Below, in pieces: positions 59,874-64,000 of a stretch of DNA of 64,000 bases. A program made the translations under genes and the position numbers. The notes under the pieces were generated by a model. The model searched no databases, was not told the origin of the DNA, and saw only the letters and a list, made by a program, of their open reading frames with translations. The DNA is from an uncultured Candidatus Saccharibacteria bacterium (GTDB taxonomy: Bacteria > Patescibacteriota > Saccharimonadia > Saccharimonadales > Saccharimonadaceae): positions 2,897-66,896 of the forward strand of contig CAZHGO010000001.1 in assembly GCA_964532185.1 (NCBI GenBank). The letters run 5' to 3'. The stretch's first letter is position 1. Every line of letters begins with the position of its first letter.

Positions 59874-60653
59874 CTACCTCCATTCGTTACTAATTTTCAT
59901 CAATCCTTTTAATTTAATAGCCGTGTCTGGCACCTTTATCTCACCCCGTTTAATCTTGAAAAGAGCGGTTAGACCCTCTACGGTCTTTTCTGGTCTTGCT
60001 TTTGGATTTTCTCTCAAAATCTGCCCAAATTCGTAATTTCTAGAAGGATAGTCACAGGTCAATCTCAAATCGCCTTTACCGCAAGCTAGTTCTACCGTCT
60101 CAGCCTCACCCCCATTAAAAGATAGAAGCGCCTTCATTTCTTCCGCCACCTCTGTTAAATATTCCTCGTGCGCCGCAGTCCCTGGCTTCAAGTCTAAAAA
60201 TCCTGCAAAAATCGCATAGACGTTTTTGAGCGCCCCACACATCAAAACTCCCACCGAGTCAGAAGTAAAATCAAAACTCAAAAACTCGGTTTCAAATAAT
60301 TCCATCACTCGCTTATCCGTAGCAGTGAGTAGGGTCTGTTTACCAGCTTTGATATCATCTGCAAAACCGGGACCAGACAGCACCATATAATCCGAAAAAT
60401 TCCTAAAATTATGCGCATCTAAAAACCCTTTAGTCGCCACAATAAGAGGTATATTTTTAGGAAGATACGTCAAGAGATAAGGCGCAGCCATAGAGGGTAC
60501 CGCTAAAACGATATATTTAGCACTCTCCAAAACCCCCGCCAGGTCTTCTTTTTCTATCTTAGAATCATAATAATCGATATCGTAGCCCTTGCCAGCCAAA
60601 ATTCCTCCGAGCGCCGTTCCAAAAGCCCCCGCACCTAAAATCGCAATTTTCAT
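59874..60653 (-). CDS. gpsA: NAD(P)H-dependent glycerol-3-phosphate dehydrogenase (short form)
   Basis: GAGAFGTALG, ATKG, GALKNVYAI, GDLRLTC...SRN and VEGL. Confidence 0.85.
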   Translation of the reverse strand: MKIAILGAGAFGTALGGILAGKGYDIDYYDSKIEKEDLAGVLESAKYIVLAVPSMAAPYLLTYLPKNIPLIVATKGFLDAHNFRNFSDYMVLSGPGFADDIKAGKQTLLTATDKRVMELFETEFLSFDFTSDSVGVLMCGALKNVYAIFAGFLDLKPGTAAHEEYLTEVAEEMKALLSFNGGEAETVELACGKGDLRLTCDYPSRNYEFGQILRENPKARPEKTVEGLTALFKIKRGEIKVPDTAIKLKGLMKISNEWR

Positions 60654-60665
60654 ATCTCTATTATA

Positions 60666-61067
60666 TCACGAGTTGCGATAGTTATTGATGGCCTCTTTTA
60701 GAGCATCATGGCCCAAAATCGAGCAGTGAAATTTATGTTTGGGCAAATTACCCAAATAATCGTCAATGTCATGAGCGTCAATCTCAAGAGCCTCATCTAG
60801 GGTCTTACCCTTAGCTAGCTCCGACAGAGCCGAAGTTGAAGCAATTGCCGAAGCACAACCATAGGTTTTCCATCTAATATCCGTGATTTTGTCGTTTTTT
60901 TTATCTACTTTGATATACATCTTCATCTGATCGCCACAAACCGGATTCCCTACAATCCCAGTGGCGTCAGCCTTAAATTTGTTCTCATCCCCCATCAGGA
61001 AATTCCGCGGATTCAAAAAATGATCTTTCACCTTCTCTGTATAAACCCAATCTTGACCTTCGTTCAT
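60666..61067 (-). CDS. iscU: Fe-S scaffold IscU/NifU-N
   Basis: GNPVCGD, YGCASAIAS and KFHCSIL. Confidence 0.92.
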   Translation of the reverse strand: MNEGQDWVYTEKVKDHFLNPRNFLMGDENKFKADATGIVGNPVCGDQMKMYIKVDKKNDKITDIRWKTYGCASAIASTSALSELAKGKTLDEALEIDAHDIDDYLGNLPKHKFHCSILGHDALKEAINNYRNS

Positions 61068-62119
61068 AGCCCTATTGTACTCATTTTTTGCAACCTGTCA
61101 ATAATTCCCGGCAAAACTTCCATCACTCTATCAACATCTTTCATTGTATTGTCAAGCCCAAATGAAAACCGAATCGAAGAATGGGCCACCTCCGCATCGC
61201 CAGTCTTAGCCATCAAAACATGCGAAGGCTTGATGTCGCCAGCAGCACATGCTGAGCCTGTAGAGACTACTATTCCCTCAGCATCCAAATATAATTGGAT
61301 AGACTCTCCTTCTGCCGCTCTAAAAGACGCATTCAAAATATTTGGTAGCGACTTAAGTTTGGCAATATCCGTATTTAGAGAACTACCCGGAATCTCCTCT
61401 AATATTCGTTTTGCCAGATAGTCGCGCATTTTTCTAATTTTAGTATCATAAATCTCCCAAGTCCGGTGTTTTTTGGCATATAGAAGCGCCTTTTTAAATC
61501 CCGCAATTCCCACGGTATTATAGGTCCCACCTCGCCGCTTATTTTCTTGTAATCCTCCGACAATCAAAGGCTTGAATGGTGCCCCTTCTCTAACATATAA
61601 CACCCCCACCCCCACCGGCCCGCCAATCTTGTGTGCACTAAAAGTTGCGTAATCAAGACCTAGTTTTTTTACGTCAATCGGAATTTTACCTAACACCTGA
61701 GTAAGATCAGAATGTAGATACCCATCTTTATGTTTTTTTGGCAAATTTAAAAATTCTCCAGTTTCATTATTATACAGCATATAAGAATATAATTTTGGCA
61801 ATTTACGACCTCTATAGATTCGCGCAGCTTCGATAATTGAATGATGCTCTAAGGGCGAAGTCTCTATCTGGCAGCCTTCAAAAGTCCTAATCACAGTATT
61901 ATTAGACTCCGACGCCCCCGAAGTAAAAATAATTTCAGAAGGCTCAGCATTAATTAGATTAGCCAAAAGCTCCCGGCAATCTTCAATTTCATTTTTGGCT
62001 AGATGCCCAGGGGTATGCAAAGCCGAAGCGTTGGCAAAAAACTTTTGCTCAGCTTCACGCATAGCCTCAACCACCTCTGGAAGTAGCGGTGTAGTCGCCG
62101 CATAATCAAGATACACCAT
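61064..62119 (-). CDS. iscS: Cysteine desulfurase IscS/NifS
   Basis: YLDYAATTP, FTSGASESNN, SAHKIGGP and STGSAC. Confidence 0.92.
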   Translation of the reverse strand: MVYLDYAATTPLLPEVVEAMREAEQKFFANASALHTPGHLAKNEIEDCRELLANLINAEPSEIIFTSGASESNNTVIRTFEGCQIETSPLEHHSIIEAARIYRGRKLPKLYSYMLYNNETGEFLNLPKKHKDGYLHSDLTQVLGKIPIDVKKLGLDYATFSAHKIGGPVGVGVLYVREGAPFKPLIVGGLQENKRRGGTYNTVGIAGFKKALLYAKKHRTWEIYDTKIRKMRDYLAKRILEEIPGSSLNTDIAKLKSLPNILNASFRAAEGESIQLYLDAEGIVVSTGSACAAGDIKPSHVLMAKTGDAEVAHSSIRFSFGLDNTMKDVDRVMEVLPGIIDRLQKMSTIGL

Positions 62120-62155
62120 ACCATATATATACCAAAACCGCCCCCCAAAGTCAAA

Positions 62156-62788
62156 CTAATTGCCAACGATAGTATATTTCACTGCGCCCGTATAAGAACC
62201 AGCTGGCTGCGTAGTAGAAATATTAACCATATAATCTGGACGCATACTACCAGTCACCACTGCAGTAGTAGAACCAGTAAATGACAAAATCGTGGTAGAA
62301 TTGCTCGGAATCAGCCCATAAGTATTATTATATCCATTAGGATAAGACACACCGCCAGAAACAGTGTTATTAGTAGCAGAAGTAATTTTCATAGCCCAAT
62401 AAGAATTAGAGCCGCTTGTACCAGTAGGAATAGTGCCATTAGCGCCATACATATCAGTAGCTCCATCCACTCCTACACCTGCACTAGAAGAAGTAGGTGA
62501 AGAACCAATTGCCTTAATCAGAAAACCGTTAATATCATTACAAGTCACAGTAATAGGCTGCCTAGTAGTACTAGAGACAGAGGTAGTATCCACAGAAGTA
62601 CCAGCAGAGCCAGAAAGCGAAAAAGTATAGCTATAATCAGCATCAAACGTGCAGGCATCGTTCACTTGTACTACCGCTTCAGCAGAATCGTCAGCCGCCC
62701 CAACATAAGGCATAGTCAAAATTGCCCCACCAAAAGCAGTCATTAAAGTTAATATAATCGTTGGTATATATTTTAATTTAATTCTCAT
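62156..62788 (-). CDS. Secreted small WxL/pilin-like subunit
   Basis: Signal peptide; Ser/Thr-rich beta protein ending TQPAGSYTGAVKYTIV, matching the N-terminal module ends of both FISUMP proteins. Confidence 0.55.
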   Translation of the reverse strand: MRIKLKYIPTIILTLMTAFGGAILTMPYVGAADDSAEAVVQVNDACTFDADYSYTFSLSGSAGTSVDTTSVSSTTRQPITVTCNDINGFLIKAIGSSPTSSSAGVGVDGATDMYGANGTIPTGTSGSNSYWAMKITSATNNTVSGGVSYPNGYNNTYGLIPSNSTTILSFTGSTTAVVTGSMRPDYMVNISTTQPAGSYTGAVKYTIVGN

Positions 62789-62832
62789 AATATGTATTGA
62801 CCTTATCTACCTATATTTTAACACTAGAATTT

Positions 62833-63690
62833 TCAAAAATCAACTACTTTTTGTACTTTTTTACGTCTTGCATGTATGCTATAGAGCATCATCCCTATTA
62901 CGGAGCCAATCGTAGCTGCCACTAAGAATACGAACCAAATTGGACAAACCACCATCACGGTAGTAATATCCATATTTTCCCCCATATAAGACACATTCTG
63001 TGTCACTTCAAAAATCCCTAGTGGTGGCATACCAGAAATATCTCTTTTGACCAGCCTCGTACTCTGCGGCATGACAATCGACTCAAAAACCTCATTTTCT
63101 CCGTCTTTAGGAAAAACTGTCTCTCCATTTAGATTATTTTTAACCCTAATTGTTATTGCCGCAGTCTCGTGCACATTACCTTGATTAGACAGTCTCACCG
63201 CAACATATGGTTTTTCTGCAGCCACAAACCCAGGGATTTGATTTTCTAAAATTTGCCCACCGTGAGAGACCTCACCTTCTACATCCGCATACACCACGCT
63301 CGCCATCTCATATACATTTTGAATTGCCATTTGGTTAGCTTCATCATCTGAATTGTCTGAGCTTACTCCTAACATCATGTATTGGCCACCACCCGGAGCA
63401 TTCTTAGGCACTTCAATCACAAAATTAACCATCTGCGTCCCATTTGGCGGCAAAACACCGGTGTCATTTTCGAGAGTAGTCCAATCCACGATCCTAGACC
63501 AATCTGAAGCGCTACTAAAATCCGTATCATATTCTTCGCCAAGTACAGAATAAGGGTACATCGTCACTTTATAACGAAAATCTTCTGTAGCTGCTGCCGG
63601 ATTCGCCACCATGATTGAACCTCTATAGGTTTCGCCCGGCTTCAGATGGATTTGTTGTTTTATTGGTGATACCGTAAAGGCATTTTTCAT
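62833..63690 (-). CDS. DUF916/WxL-interacting (PapD-like Ig) membrane-anchored protein
   Basis: FTVSPIKQQIHLKPGETYRGSIMVAN, PGGGQY, LSNQGNVHE, G.FEVTQNV and a C-terminal TM with basic tail. Confidence 0.6.
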   Translation of the reverse strand: MKNAFTVSPIKQQIHLKPGETYRGSIMVANPAAATEDFRYKVTMYPYSVLGEEYDTDFSSASDWSRIVDWTTLENDTGVLPPNGTQMVNFVIEVPKNAPGGGQYMMLGVSSDNSDDEANQMAIQNVYEMASVVYADVEGEVSHGGQILENQIPGFVAAEKPYVAVRLSNQGNVHETAAITIRVKNNLNGETVFPKDGENEVFESIVMPQSTRLVKRDISGMPPLGIFEVTQNVSYMGENMDITTVMVVCPIWFVFLVAATIGSVIGMMLYSIHARRKKVQKVVDF

Positions 63691-63698
63691 CTTATCTC

Positions 63699-64000
63699 CT
63701 ATTCAATACTTAAAATCCTGCCTGTACCTTGCTCCAAATGCAGCAATCGCTGATTTTTAGACCCTCTATATCTGAGCGATAAATCCTTCTGCGACAGAAT
63801 AAATGGCCCGTCAATCAAAGCATCAAGGGATTTAAGAAATTCCCATGCATCTCCACCAGCTTTCTCAATTTGCTCATAGGTAAATCCAGAAAAGCTCCAG
63901 ACATCCCAGCCAAATTCTTTTCGCACTCTGTCAGCAATCTCTTTGCAAGCCTTTGGTTGCACAAATGGCTCACCCCCACAAAAGGTCAACCCCGTTTGTC
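63699..64000 (-). CDS. nrdG: Anaerobic ribonucleotide reductase activase (radical SAM), 3' part; the gene continues past the right edge
   Basis: GLTFCGGEPF, WSFSGFTYE, DALIDGPF and YRGSKNQR. Confidence 0.85.
   Translation of the reverse strand, partial: QTGLTFCGGEPFVQPKACKEIADRVRKEFGWDVWSFSGFTYEQIEKAGGDAWEFLKSLDALIDGPFILSQKDLSLRYRGSKNQRLLHLEQGTGRILSIE

Noticed and set aside
751-63553. The many 60-190 aa antisense or overlapping ORFs in the track
   Set aside because: They are shadows of well-supported genes on the opposite strand or frame, with no motifs or expression signals.

Overview
64-kb chromosomal window from a low-GC bacterium using the standard genetic code (TGA is a stop; tRNA-Trp has anticodon CCA). 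Gene content and style point to a host-associated (gut/rumen-type) Candidatus Saccharibacteria (TM7, Patescibacteria); this is an inference. The window spans the jag-yidC-rnpA-rpmH / dnaA-oriC-dnaN-recF locus. It also holds a surface-glycan cluster (1-7.3 kb), a ChW-repeat putative wall hydrolase, a truncated LexA-like regulator, a Type IIS-like R-M cassette at tRNA-Gln, a VTC/DUF4956/Cthe_2159 operon, alpha-glucan genes (GT35, GH97, GT4, GH57), tRNA-Trp, a helicase-nuclease, gpsA, iscU/iscS and a DUF916/WxL-like pair. The best candidate for an undescribed system is a dispersed, switchable surface-protein system: a DUF916-like chaperone/anchor plus a small WxL/pilin-like subunit (62.2-63.7 kb), and two large proteins joining the same N-terminal module to FISUMP-like domains. 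One large gene (53818-55993) is frameshifted OFF by a (TA)11 microsatellite in its signal-peptide codons. The other (23617-25410) sits behind a ~210-nt, extensively base-paired leader with mutually exclusive pairings and two uORFs. Other notable points: GC skew and gene orientation do not appear to flip at the dnaA/oriC locus; many genes have a TGn-TATAAT element 6-9 nt before the start codon (leaderless-type); and an unannotated 54-aa CxxC ORF is present. All calls were made by eye without database searches. No reverse transcriptase, integrase, transposase or CRISPR array was seen.
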